28,740 bases of DNA from Fusobacteriota bacterium (GCA_051746725.1 JBNJFI010000018.1:1-28740); one strand, 5' to 3'; positions 1 to 9,968 are shown, counted from the first letter of the stretch. Made by a program: numbers and translations. Notes: a model not told the origin generated them from the letters alone.

Positions 1-18
1 AATATTACTTATGATAAT

Positions 19-47
19 ATTATACATTTAATCTTAATAATTGTCTA
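19..47 (-). promoter_or_regulatory. sigma70-type promoter firing leftwards out of the window (divergent from mutS2)
   Basis: Minus strand reads TAGACA (47-42), 17 nt, TATAAT (24-19). The target gene lies outside the window. Confidence 0.6.
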
Positions 48-135
48 ATATTTATTATTCAAATTAAAATAAAAAAATAAAATAAGTGATAAGATTTGTA
101 AATTATTAATAGATTATCTAAATCATTATTTTTGT

Positions 136-164
136 TAGAAAAAAAATCCTAAATATGTTATAAT
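136..164 (+). promoter_or_regulatory. sigma70-type promoter (extended -10) for the mutS2 gene run
   Basis: TAGAAA (136-141), 17 nt, TATAAT (159-164) with TG at 156-157. AGGAGG RBS at 192-197 precedes ATG 203. Confidence 0.6.
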
Positions 165-202
165 TGTAGTAAAATAAGGTATTATATTTATAGGAGGAAA
201 TT

Positions 203-2551
203 ATGAACCAGCATAGTTTAAAAGTGTTAGAATTTGATAAGGTAAAAGATAGATTATCAAATTATGCACATGCAGAAAAAACAATTGAAATGATAATAGA
301 TTTAGAGCCAATAACAGATTATAATAAAATAGTAAGAGAGTTTAACATAATTAGGGATTATATTGATCTTTTAAGATATGATTCAGATAAAGATATAGAT
401 TTAAAGGGTATAAAAGATGTAGAAAATGCTATTGACAGGATTCAATTAATAGGAACTTTTTTGGAACCAGAAGAACTCTATCAGATAAAAGAAAACTTGA
501 GAATATTTAGAGAAATCCAAGATGTATTTGAAGAAGTTAAAGAAAAATATGGTAGTTTAAATAAAAAATATGAAAATATACCTAAATACAAAGGTATTGA
601 AAATTTAATAAATAAAGCTATAGATGAAAATCATGAGATAAAAGACGATGCCACTTTGGAGCTACAAAATATTAGAAAAAATAAAGTTTTAATAATGAAA
701 AATATCCAGAGAAAATTCGAAGGCATAATGGCCAATGAAAAGTATAATAAAATGATACAGGAAAAATTGATAACTATAAAAAATGGCAGAAGGGTTTTGC
801 CAATAAAATCAGGATATAAAGATAAATTTAAAGGAATAGAACACGATAGGTCTGGAAGTGGACAAACAATTTTTATAGAACCAATAGACGTTGTATCTTT
901 AAATAATAAACTTAGAACTCAAGAGGTAAAGGAAAGAGAAGAGATAAGAAAGATACTTCTTAGATTGACAGATACAATTCGAAATAATACTAAAAACTTA
1001 AAAAACTTAACTCAAGAGATAATAAAATTAGATCTAATGAATGCCAAGGCTAGATATTCAATTGAAAATAATTGTAATATCCCTAAAGTTACTAACAAAA
1101 AAGAGTTGAGTTTAAAGGATGCCAGACATCCTTTAATACCAGAGGACGAAGTAGTGCCAATATCATTTGAGTTAGGTAAACGATTTGATACTATGTTAGT
1201 TACTGGACCAAATACAGGAGGGAAAACAGTTACGCTAAAAACAACAGGATTATTAACAGCCATGACCCAAGCAATGATACCAATACCAGCTGATGAGTTA
1301 ACTGTAATTGGAGTTTTTTCCGGTATTTTTGCTGATATAGGAGATGAACAAAGCATAGAACAAAATTTATCTTCATTTTCAAGTCATTTAGCTAATGTAG
1401 ATGAAATAATAAATGAAATAGATAGAGATAGTTTAATTTTATTAGATGAATTAGGATCTGGAACTGACCCCATCGAGGGAGCTGCCTTTGCAATGGCGGT
1501 GATAGATTATTTGAGAAAAAAAGGTCCTAAGTCTATAATAACGACTCATTATAGTGAAGTAAAAGCATATAGCTATAATGAAAAGGGAGTTAAAAGTGCC
1601 TCTATGGAATTTGATGTAGAAACATTATCGCCAACTTATCGATTAATAATAGGTATTCCTGGGAAAAGTAATGCCTTAACTATAGCCAGAAAAGTTGGAA
1701 TGAATGAAGAAATTGTAACTATGGCTGAGGGATATATAAGTGATGAAGATAAAAAAGTTGAAGATATGATAAAAAATATCCATGAAAAACAGGAGGAAAT
1801 TAATAAAGATAAAGCTAGAATAAGCAGATTGGAAAAACAAGTTGAAAAATTAAAGACAGAATATGGAAATAAATTAGATAAAATAGAAAAAGAAAAAAAT
1901 GATATTCTCAAAAAAGCTTATCAAGAAGCAGAAGAAGTTGTTAAAAATGCTCAAGGTAAAGCAAGAGCTTTAGTTGATAAAATAGATAAACAAGAAAAGA
2001 AAAAAGAAGATGCGAAAAAAACTCAAAAAAGTTTAAATATGCTACAGCAAGGAATACTAGAGGATAAAAAGAAGAGAGTAAAAAAAGAGAAAAAACAAAA
2101 ATTAAGACGAGATTTAGAAGAAGGCGAAGAAGTTTTTGTAAAAAGTTTAAATTCAAAAGGGGAAATATTAAGAATAAATAATAAAAAAAGACAAGTACAA
2201 GTACAAGCTGGAATATTAAAAATGATGGTTGATATGAAAGATGTAAAAAAAATAAATTCAAAAAACGAGAAAAAATCAACAGGTAGTTATTCTGTTAAAA
2301 AAAATAGAGTTAAAAGCGAAATAGATTTAAGAGGAATGGACTCAGAAGAGGCTAAATATGAAGTTGATATATATTTAGATAGTGCAACTTTAAATGGTTA
2401 CCAAGAGGTATTTTTAATCCATGGAAAAGGTTCAGGAGTTTTGAGAAAGGCAATACAAAAACACTTAAAAAATAGTCCATATGTAGAAAGTTTTAGAAAT
2501 GGAAATGCCAATGAAGGTGGGCTAGGAGTAACAGTTGCTAAATTAAAGTAA
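203..2551 (+). CDS. mutS2: Endonuclease MutS2 (ribosome-collision/anti-recombination ATPase with Smr domain)
   Basis: 782 aa. Walker A GPNTGGKT, DIGDEQSIEQNLSSFSSH, LLDELGSGTDP, coiled coil, KOW-like segment, C-terminal Smr (IDLRG...IHGKGSGVLR...GGLGVTV). AGGAGG RBS. Confidence 0.97.
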   Translation: MNQHSLKVLEFDKVKDRLSNYAHAEKTIEMIIDLEPITDYNKIVREFNIIRDYIDLLRYDSDKDIDLKGIKDVENAIDRIQLIGTFLEPEELYQIKENLRIFREIQDVFEEVKEKYGSLNKKYENIPKYKGIENLINKAIDENHEIKDDATLELQNIRKNKVLIMKNIQRKFEGIMANEKYNKMIQEKLITIKNGRRVLPIKSGYKDKFKGIEHDRSGSGQTIFIEPIDVVSLNNKLRTQEVKEREEIRKILLRLTDTIRNNTKNLKNLTQEIIKLDLMNAKARYSIENNCNIPKVTNKKELSLKDARHPLIPEDEVVPISFELGKRFDTMLVTGPNTGGKTVTLKTTGLLTAMTQAMIPIPADELTVIGVFSGIFADIGDEQSIEQNLSSFSSHLANVDEIINEIDRDSLILLDELGSGTDPIEGAAFAMAVIDYLRKKGPKSIITTHYSEVKAYSYNEKGVKSASMEFDVETLSPTYRLIIGIPGKSNALTIARKVGMNEEIVTMAEGYISDEDKKVEDMIKNIHEKQEEINKDKARISRLEKQVEKLKTEYGNKLDKIEKEKNDILKKAYQEAEEVVKNAQGKARALVDKIDKQEKKKEDAKKTQKSLNMLQQGILEDKKKRVKKEKKQKLRRDLEEGEEVFVKSLNSKGEILRINNKKRQVQVQAGILKMMVDMKDVKKINSKNEKKSTGSYSVKKNRVKSEIDLRGMDSEEAKYEVDIYLDSATLNGYQEVFLIHGKGSGVLRKAIQKHLKNSPYVESFRNGNANEGGLGVTVAKLK

Positions 2552-2580
2552 AACTTTAATATTTGAAAAAGGGGGTCTAT

Positions 2581-4701
2581 GTGAAGGAAATATTTGCTCT
2601 AGATGTAGGAACTAGAAATGTTGTAGGAATATTAGCTAAAAGCATAAATGATAAAATAATTGTAGAAGATTTAAAAATAGAAGAACATGAAACGCGTGCT
2701 ATGGAAGACGGACAAATCCACGATATAGAAAAAGTAACGAAAACTGTTTTAAAAGTCAAAAAAGAGTTAGAAGAAAAAAATAATATACAATTAAAAGATG
2801 TAGCAGTGGCTGTTGCAGGAAGAGCTTTGGTTACCAAAAAAGGAATAGCCAAAGAGGAGATAGATCCTGAAAATGAAATAACAAAGGATATAATGCAAAC
2901 AGTAGAGTTAGAAAGTATACAAAATAGTTTATTAAATCTAGAATCTCAAGAAGATGAATACCATTGTGTAGGTTACACCGTGGTTAAATATAAACTCGAT
3001 GGACAAGAAATTAAAAATCCATTATATCAAAAAGGAGAAACTCTGGAAGTTGAAATTTTAGCTACTTTTTTGCCAAAAATAGTTGTAGATAGCATGTATA
3101 CAATGGCAAAAAAGGCAGATTTAAATATTATAAATCTAACTTTAGAGCCAATTGCTGCAATAAATGTAGTTATTCCTGCTGATATGAGAAAATTAAATTT
3201 AGCTTTAGTGGATATTGGAGCAGGAACTTCTGATATTGCAATTACAGCTGATGGAAAAATAGTGGGTTACGAAATGGTTCCAATGGCTGGAGATGAAATT
3301 ACAGAGGTTATTTCAGAAGAATATCTTTTAGAGTTTAAGGAAGCTGAAAAAATAAAAAGGAAATTAAGCAAAGATGTTGAATATATAGAATACACAGATG
3401 TATTAGGTTTAAAAAATAAATTAGAAAAAGATGAAATTTTAAAAGTTATTGAAGATAAAGTCGAAGAGTTAGCAGAAAAGATAGTTACAAAAATATTAGA
3501 AGTAAATGGGAAAGCTACAAAAGCCATTATATTAATAGGGGGAGGAAGTCAGACAGTTAACCTTTCTCAAAAGATTGCAAATAGAATATCTTTATCCAGT
3601 GCAAGAGTAGCTGTTAGAGGAACAGAGAGTATTAAAAACTTAGAAGATAGAACAGGAGTTATGAAAACTTCTGAGTATGTTACGCCAGTTGGAATTGCAA
3701 ATATGGGGATGAATGAAAAAGGCTTTCATATTATAAATGTGATTATAAATAAAAAGACAAATAGAATATTTTCAGTTGAAGATAAAGTAACTGTAATGGA
3801 TGCTTTGCTTTCTTCGGGGATAGATTCAAAAAAGTTATATAGCAAACCTGGAAATCCATTGACATTAAAAGTCAATTCAAAGCTAAAAGTTATAAAAGGA
3901 GAACCAGGAAAGCCAGCTCTGATAAAGGTAAATGGTGAGCATAAAGATTTAGAATATAAAATATCATCTGGAGCAAAAATAGATTTGAAATATCCAAGAC
4001 AAGGACGTGATGCAGTCTATAAATTAGGTGATCTATCAGAAGAGATAGGAAAGATGAAAATAATGGTAGATGATAAACCTCATGAAATAAAAAGAGATAT
4101 AAAAATCAATAATAAAATTAAAACTAAAGATTATATATTTAAAGATAGAGATGAAATAACTTTTAAAGAAAAATATACAGTATTAGACATATTAAATAAA
4201 TTAGGTAGAAAAAATAAAATTATTAATTTTAAAATAGATGGAAAATCAAAACATATAGAAATACCAGTTATATCTGTTTACAGAAATGGAGAAAAGCTAC
4301 AAAATAATATTATTATAAATGATGGAGATAAATTAACCATCAAAAAAGATTTGTCAAAAAAGTTCAAGATAAAGGATATTTTAGATGAAACAGTGGGACA
4401 AAAAGTTATTGTGACTGTCAACTCAAAAAAGGTTGACTTAGGTACAGTTTCTAGTTCTTTTTATAAGAATGAAACTAAACTCATGCAAAATTATGAAATT
4501 AAAGATGGAGATGAGCTTGTTTTTAAAACTGCAAAGGAAAATTTGCCTATTGTCTCAGATATCTTTAAAGAACATGATCTTGACTATTTTGTAGAAAATA
4601 AAAAGAAAGGAGGAATGTTGAAATTAGAGTTAAATGGCAAAAAAGCAGAGTACATTGATAAAATTAGAAATGGAGATGTTTTAAAAATTTATTACGATTA
4701 A
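2581..4701 (+). CDS. FtsA/PilM-like actin-fold ATPase fused to about 5 tandem beta-grasp (ThiS/MoaD-like) or S4-like repeats
   Basis: Actin-fold motifs ALDVGTR, TLEPIAA, VDIGAGTSDIA, AGDEIT, AEKIK and LIGGGS. The C-terminal ~320 aa repeat a TVxDhL...hxNG...hxDGDxhxh pattern. GTG 2581 follows AAGGGGG (the ORF track starts at TTG 2563). Confidence 0.85.
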   Translation: MKEIFALDVGTRNVVGILAKSINDKIIVEDLKIEEHETRAMEDGQIHDIEKVTKTVLKVKKELEEKNNIQLKDVAVAVAGRALVTKKGIAKEEIDPENEITKDIMQTVELESIQNSLLNLESQEDEYHCVGYTVVKYKLDGQEIKNPLYQKGETLEVEILATFLPKIVVDSMYTMAKKADLNIINLTLEPIAAINVVIPADMRKLNLALVDIGAGTSDIAITADGKIVGYEMVPMAGDEITEVISEEYLLEFKEAEKIKRKLSKDVEYIEYTDVLGLKNKLEKDEILKVIEDKVEELAEKIVTKILEVNGKATKAIILIGGGSQTVNLSQKIANRISLSSARVAVRGTESIKNLEDRTGVMKTSEYVTPVGIANMGMNEKGFHIINVIINKKTNRIFSVEDKVTVMDALLSSGIDSKKLYSKPGNPLTLKVNSKLKVIKGEPGKPALIKVNGEHKDLEYKISSGAKIDLKYPRQGRDAVYKLGDLSEEIGKMKIMVDDKPHEIKRDIKINNKIKTKDYIFKDRDEITFKEKYTVLDILNKLGRKNKIINFKIDGKSKHIEIPVISVYRNGEKLQNNIIINDGDKLTIKKDLSKKFKIKDILDETVGQKVIVTVNSKKVDLGTVSSSFYKNETKLMQNYEIKDGDELVFKTAKENLPIVSDIFKEHDLDYFVENKKKGGMLKLELNGKKAEYIDKIRNGDVLKIYYD

Positions 4702-4720
4702 AAAACAAAGGAGATGAAGT

Positions 4721-5497
4721 ATGACAAGAACAAGGGGTTTATTTTTTATATTATTTTTTATATTTATAGCATATGAATATGGAAGCGATCAAAATCAACT
4801 GGCTTATTTAGTGGCAGCAGCTTTACTAGGTTGGGGAGTTGATAATATTGTAGAAATAATATATCAAAAGTGGAAAATGCGAGAGAAAAAGAGTAAGAAT
4901 GGAAGGGATAAGATCTTAGATACAAGTGCTATTATTGACGGAAGAATAATTGATATTTTAAAAACAGGATTTGTAGAAGGAGATATTATAATTCCTAGAT
5001 TTGTAATTGAAGAATTACAAGTTTTAGCTGATTCAAAAGATAATATGAAAAGAGCTAAAGGAAGAGAAGCATTGGATTTAATAAAATATCTACAAAATAA
5101 AGAAGATAAAATAGATATAAAAATAATAGATAAAGATTATGAAGATATTCAAGAAGTAGATGCAAAATTAGTAAAATTAGGGAAAGAATTCAAAGGGGAT
5201 GTAATAACAACAGACTTTAATTTAAATAAAGTTGCCACAATACAAGGAGTAAAAGTTTTAAATGTAAACCAATTATCAAATGCCTTAAAACCTGTGGTTA
5301 TACCTAATGAAGAATTAACAATTGAACTTATGAAAAAGGGTGATAGAGAGGGACAAGCAGTTGGTTATTTAAACGATGGAACAATGGTTGTTGCTGAAGA
5401 TGGATTAGAATTTTTAGGTGAGACAATAACTTTAGTTGTAACTAGTGTTTACCCCACAGATGCCGGAAGAATGATTTTTGGAAAGGTGAAAAGATAG
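4721..5497 (+). CDS. Membrane-anchored PIN/TRAM domain protein (YacL-like, short form)
   Basis: Two hydrophobic N-terminal segments, PIN motifs ILDTSAIIDGR, EELQ, EVDAKL and TTDFNLNK, and TRAM GQAVGYLNDGTMVV...GRMIF. Sits directly upstream of ispD as yacL does in Bacillus. Confidence 0.9.
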   Translation: MTRTRGLFFILFFIFIAYEYGSDQNQLAYLVAAALLGWGVDNIVEIIYQKWKMREKKSKNGRDKILDTSAIIDGRIIDILKTGFVEGDIIIPRFVIEELQVLADSKDNMKRAKGREALDLIKYLQNKEDKIDIKIIDKDYEDIQEVDAKLVKLGKEFKGDVITTDFNLNKVATIQGVKVLNVNQLSNALKPVVIPNEELTIELMKKGDREGQAVGYLNDGTMVVAEDGLEFLGETITLVVTSVYPTDAGRMIFGKVKR

Positions 5498-5498
5498 T

Positions 5499-6182
5499 AT
5501 GAAATATTATTTTATATTAGCAGCAGCAGGAGTAGGGAAAAGAATGGGATTAGGATATCCCAAACAATTTTTGGAGTATAAAGGAAAACCTTTATTTATA
5601 AGTACCCTTCAAAGAGCTGAGGGTAATAATAAAATAACAGATATTATTGTTGTAACAAATAAAAATTATATAGAAAAAGTGAAAGACCTTATAAAAGAAT
5701 ATAAAATAAAAAAAATAATTAAGGTGGTTGCAGGTGGAAAAGAAAGACAAGATTCTATATTTAATGGATTAAAAATAATAGAAAAATGCTCTTCCCAAAA
5801 TTCATTGGTAGCTATTCAAGATGGTGTAAGACCTTTTTTGAAAGATAGATATATTGATAAAGCTTATGAAATTTTAAATAAAAAAAGTGAAATATCAGGA
5901 GTAGTAGTTGGAGTAAAGGTAAAAGATACTATCAAAAAAGTAAGTGGAGATATAGTTGAATCTACTCCTAAACGGGAAAATTTAATTGCAGTTCAAACTC
6001 CACAAGTTTTTAGACAAGATATAATTTTAAAAGCCTATAAAAAAGCAAAAAAAGATAATTTTTTAGGAACTGATGACTCTTCTTTAGTTGAAAATATAGG
6101 AGGAAAAGTAAAAATAATTGAAGGTAGTTATGGAAATATAAAAGTTACTACTCCAGAAGATTTAGATAAATTAAAAAAATAA
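5499..6182 (+). CDS. ispD: 2-C-methyl-D-erythritol 4-phosphate cytidylyltransferase
   Basis: AAGVGKRMG..PKQFL, GGKERQDS, IQDGVRPF, VQTPQVF, TDDSSL, NIKVTTPEDL. Confidence 0.95.
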   Translation: MKYYFILAAAGVGKRMGLGYPKQFLEYKGKPLFISTLQRAEGNNKITDIIVVTNKNYIEKVKDLIKEYKIKKIIKVVAGGKERQDSIFNGLKIIEKCSSQNSLVAIQDGVRPFLKDRYIDKAYEILNKKSEISGVVVGVKVKDTIKKVSGDIVESTPKRENLIAVQTPQVFRQDIILKAYKKAKKDNFLGTDDSSLVENIGGKVKIIEGSYGNIKVTTPEDLDKLKK

Positions 6183-6209
6183 TAAAATTATTAGATTTAA
6201 AATATTAAA

Positions 6210-6269
6210 AAGTCATACTTTGTTAAGATATTAAAATATATATTATTTTATTTTTTCGAAGTATGACTT
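6210..6269. repeat. Intergenic inverted repeat / long hairpin upstream of cimA
   Basis: AAGTCATACTT (6210-6220) is the exact reverse complement of AAGTATGACTT (6259-6269). An inner TAAAATA/TATTTTA stem is nested in the spacer. Confidence 0.75.
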
Positions 6270-6318
6270 AATACGAAATTATTAGAAAGAAAACATTTTT
6301 ATTTAGGGAGGATTAAAA

Positions 6319-7887
6319 TTGAGAAAAATAAGTATTTATGATACAACTTTAAGAGATGGATCCCAGATGAAAGGGATAGCTTTTTCAGTTGAGGATAAGT
6401 TAAGAATAGTTAAACAATTAGATAAATTAAATATAGATTGTATTGAGTGTGGGTGGCCAGGTTCAAATCCAAGGGATGAAGAATTTTTTAAATTAATAAA
6501 AATGACTAAATTAAAAAATTCTAAAATAGCTGCGTTTGGAAGTACAATGCATCCTAAAAATACTTTAGAAACTGATTATAATTTACAAAAATTAATAGAA
6601 TCCTCTCCAGATGTAGTAACTATTTTTGGGAAAAGTTGGGATTTACATGTTGAAGAAGCTTTAGGTATTAGCTTAGAACAAAATCTAGAATTAATCACAG
6701 ATTCAATAGCATATCTCAAAAAAGAGATAAAAGAAGTATATTTTGATGCCGAGCATTTTTTTGATGGATATAGAGCTAATCCAGAATATGCAATGAAAGT
6801 CTTGAAAGCAGCCCAAAAAGGTGGTGCTGATATGCTTGTGTTAGCAGATACCAACGGTGGAATGGTATATGATGAGTTAGGGGATATTGTCAAAAAAGTT
6901 AAAAAAACAATGAATACTCCTTTGGGGATCCATCCTCATAACGATTCAGGATTAGCAGTTGCTAATGCTTTAGAGGGAATTAAACAGGGTGCAGTTCAAG
7001 TTCAAGGAACTATTAATGGATATGGCGAGAGAACTGGAAATGCTAACCTGTGTGTAGTTATTCCAAATTTAACTTTAAAAAAAGGTTATGAAACAATAGG
7101 AAAAGATAATATTAAAAACTTGACTAAGGTCTCAAGATATATAAGTGAAATTGCAAATTTAAATCCAGCAGAAAACATGCCTTTTGTTGGAGGAAATGCC
7201 TTTGCACATAAAGGTGGGATTCATGTAAGTGCAGTAATGAAAAATCCTAAAACTTACGAGCATATTTCACCGGAATCAATTGGAAATAAAAGAAATATTT
7301 TAGTCTCTGACTTAGCTGGGAAAAGCAATATCATTTGCAAAGCAGAAGAGCTTGGTATTGAACTAGATAAAACAGATAACGCCGTAAAAGAGACAATAAA
7401 ATTAGTTAAAGAATTAGAAAATGAAGGATATGAATTTGAAGGAGCAGATGGTTCGTTTGAGTTATTGCTCAAAAAAGCTATGAAAACCAGAAAATACTTT
7501 TTTGACGTAGAAAACTTTAGAATGATTATAGAAAAAAATACTTCAAAGCATATGATTTCAGAGGCAACTGTTAAATTAGATATTAATAATCACATTGAAC
7601 ATACTGTTTCAGAAGGTGATGGGCCTGTAAATGCATTAGATAGAGCATTGAGAAAGGCTTTAGAGAACAAGTATCCAGAAATTAAAAATATTGAGTTAAT
7701 TGATTATAAAGTAAGAGTTTTAAATGGAAAAGATGCAACGGCAGCTAAAGTAAGAGTACTCATAGAAACTCAAGATAAAAAGAGTGGCGACAAATGGGGA
7801 ACTGTTGGAGTATCGGAAAATATAATACAAGCAAGTTGGGATGCCTTAATAGACAGTATAGAAATATACCTTAATAAAAAGAGATAA
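6319..7887 (+). CDS. cimA: (R)-citramalate synthase
   Basis: DRE-TIM motif DTTLRDGSQ, CimA-type GWPGSNP, FGKSW, FDAEHFFDG, HPHNDSG, FAHKGGIH, FEGADGSFELL, C-terminal regulatory domain GDGPVNALD. TTG start after GGGAGG. Confidence 0.92.
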   Translation: MRKISIYDTTLRDGSQMKGIAFSVEDKLRIVKQLDKLNIDCIECGWPGSNPRDEEFFKLIKMTKLKNSKIAAFGSTMHPKNTLETDYNLQKLIESSPDVVTIFGKSWDLHVEEALGISLEQNLELITDSIAYLKKEIKEVYFDAEHFFDGYRANPEYAMKVLKAAQKGGADMLVLADTNGGMVYDELGDIVKKVKKTMNTPLGIHPHNDSGLAVANALEGIKQGAVQVQGTINGYGERTGNANLCVVIPNLTLKKGYETIGKDNIKNLTKVSRYISEIANLNPAENMPFVGGNAFAHKGGIHVSAVMKNPKTYEHISPESIGNKRNILVSDLAGKSNIICKAEELGIELDKTDNAVKETIKLVKELENEGYEFEGADGSFELLLKKAMKTRKYFFDVENFRMIIEKNTSKHMISEATVKLDINNHIEHTVSEGDGPVNALDRALRKALENKYPEIKNIELIDYKVRVLNGKDATAAKVRVLIETQDKKSGDKWGTVGVSENIIQASWDALIDSIEIYLNKKR

Positions 7888-7922
7888 GATAAAGTTAAAA
7901 AACAAAAAAGTTGGAGGAAATA

Positions 7923-8549
7923 ATGTTTGAAGATATGAAAATAATAAAGGAAAAAGATCCTGCAGCAATAAATTATTTGCAAATTTTACTATTTTATCCG
8001 GGCTTACATGCTATATTGGCATATAGAGTAGCACATTTTTTAGTAAAGTTAAAAATACCTTTTTTTCCATATTTCATAATGTTTATCGTTAGAATTTTTA
8101 CTCATATAGAAATTCATCCTAAAGCCGTTATAGGAAAAAGATTTTTTATAGATCATGGAGCAGGCGTGGTAATAGGAGAAACAACAGAAATAGGAGATGA
8201 AGTTGTTTTATATCAAGGGGTAACATTAGGTGGAAATGGAAAGGAAACCGGGAAACGTCATCCTACTTTAAAAAATAATATTGTTGTTGGAGCAGGTGCT
8301 AAGGTTTTAGGTTCATTTACAATAGAAAGTAATGTAAATATAGGGGCTAATGCAGTAGTATTATCTGATGTACCTGAAAATTCAACTGTAGTTGGAGTTC
8401 CAGGGAGAATAGTTAAAATAGGAGATGAAAAGATTAAGAGAGAAATATTTAATTTAGATCATCTAGATTTACCAGATCCTTTAATGAAAAAATTAGAGTG
8501 TATCGAGAGAGAGATAAAAGAATGTCCATATAGGGAGGAAAACAAGTGA
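7923..8549 (+). CDS. cysE: Serine O-acetyltransferase
   Basis: [38 protein letters not shown], hexapeptide repeats, VVGVPGR. ATG 7923 follows GGAGG (the ORF track starts at TTG 7911). Confidence 0.95.
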   Translation: MFEDMKIIKEKDPAAINYLQILLFYPGLHAILAYRVAHFLVKLKIPFFPYFIMFIVRIFTHIEIHPKAVIGKRFFIDHGAGVVIGETTEIGDEVVLYQGVTLGGNGKETGKRHPTLKNNIVVGAGAKVLGSFTIESNVNIGANAVVLSDVPENSTVVGVPGRIVKIGDEKIKREIFNLDHLDLPDPLMKKLECIEREIKECPYREENK

Positions 8550-9967
8550 TGAAGAAAATAATAGGAATCATATTAGTTATATTAGCATTGGGAACAGGTT
8601 TATATATTAATTATTGTAATACAGATCCAAGCATTTTTATTACAGAAGATACAAATATGTTTGTTTATGGGGAAAAAGATATAAAATTAGAAGAGGAATT
8701 TAAAGATATTGAAAAACTTATGCTAGAAAATGGTGTAATACAAGAAGACGGATATGATGAATTAAAAGAGCTAGATAAATATATTCAAAAAAGTTTTTTT
8801 ATTAGTAAAATAGCTGGAGATCTAAAGACTAAATCCCTAAAAGATATGAACATATTAATGGGTTTAAATGTTGGAAATTATTATCTTCCATTTAGAAGTA
8901 ATTTATATAAGTATTTTGATAAGACAAATTTAAATAATTATAAATTAAAAGAGCAATATATTAAATCTTTTACTAAAGGTTTAAAAGAGGCGGATAAAAC
9001 AGGTTCTTTTGAGGGAATAGAAGATTTAGAAATATTTTTAAAACCAATCAAATCATATTTTTTGATATCATTTTCTGAAAAGAAAATAATAGACCATTTA
9101 GAAAAAATGAAAAAAAATAAATTAAACCAAGAATTAATTTCAGAATATGAAAAAATGAAATCTAAAAATAAAAATTTTGGAATAGTAGATTTTAAGCAAA
9201 TATATAAAGCTATAAAGCAAGATAAAAACACTAATTACAGTAACAAAGTGAGATTTTTGAAGACTTATTATAATTATGATTATAAATCTGAAAGATTAAA
9301 GGTTTTTATGGAATTAGAAGGGGAAGATGAAATTTTTACTTCGATGGATAGTGAAAAAATTGAAAATCGAAAATTAACTGAATTTGTAGACCAAAACAGA
9401 TTATATTTTTCAAATAATAGTTTTTCTAATATTTCTAAGAAAGTATTAGAAGAAATAAAAAAAGAACAGGGAATAGACTATAATCAGTTATCGAAGATGT
9501 TTTTAGGAGCTCAAATTCCAGAATTAATTGATGATTTAGGAAATGAAATACTTTTTGATTATTCTAACTTTGATAAGTTAAGATTAATGTCAAATCTTAA
9601 AAATAGATCGAGATTCGAAAAAACATTAAATAAACTTGGAATTTCAAAACAGGGAGAAGAGTATATAATTAATCCCAATTTAAAATTAATTCCACAGGAA
9701 AATCATCTATTTATAAACGATGTTATAAATAAAGCAGATAAAAATATCGAGATTCCAAAAGATAGTTTTTTATATTCAAAAGTAAACTTAGAAGATTTAG
9801 ATAAAAATAATGATAAAAATTTAAATAATTTTGATTTCAGTAATATTGAATTTGAAATAACAGGAAAAAGTTCAGATGAAAGTTTAAAATTCGAACTAGA
9901 TATTTCAAAAAAGGCAATAAAAAAGATGATAATTTTAGGACTTGAAATTAGTAATAAGGGAGAATAA
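8546..9967 (+). CDS. Hypothetical protein with N-terminal membrane anchor/signal peptide
   Basis: 473-aa ORF with AGGGAGG RBS, GTGA overlap with the cysE stop, and N-terminus [20 protein letters not shown]. No recognisable catalytic motif. Confidence 0.8.
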   Translation: MMKKIIGIILVILALGTGLYINYCNTDPSIFITEDTNMFVYGEKDIKLEEEFKDIEKLMLENGVIQEDGYDELKELDKYIQKSFFISKIAGDLKTKSLKDMNILMGLNVGNYYLPFRSNLYKYFDKTNLNNYKLKEQYIKSFTKGLKEADKTGSFEGIEDLEIFLKPIKSYFLISFSEKKIIDHLEKMKKNKLNQELISEYEKMKSKNKNFGIVDFKQIYKAIKQDKNTNYSNKVRFLKTYYNYDYKSERLKVFMELEGEDEIFTSMDSEKIENRKLTEFVDQNRLYFSNNSFSNISKKVLEEIKKEQGIDYNQLSKMFLGAQIPELIDDLGNEILFDYSNFDKLRLMSNLKNRSRFEKTLNKLGISKQGEEYIINPNLKLIPQENHLFINDVINKADKNIEIPKDSFLYSKVNLEDLDKNNDKNLNNFDFSNIEFEITGKSSDESLKFELDISKKAIKKMIILGLEISNKGE

Positions 9968-9968
9968 A

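Noticed and set aside
110..120. TAGAT-T-ATCTA palindrome between the divergent promoters
   Set aside because: 5-bp AT-rich arms are expected by chance in this composition.
2581..4701. Calling this gene the cell-division ftsA
   Set aside because: No ftsZ or dcw context, no C-terminal amphipathic helix, and about 320 extra residues of repeats, so the gene symbol is withheld.
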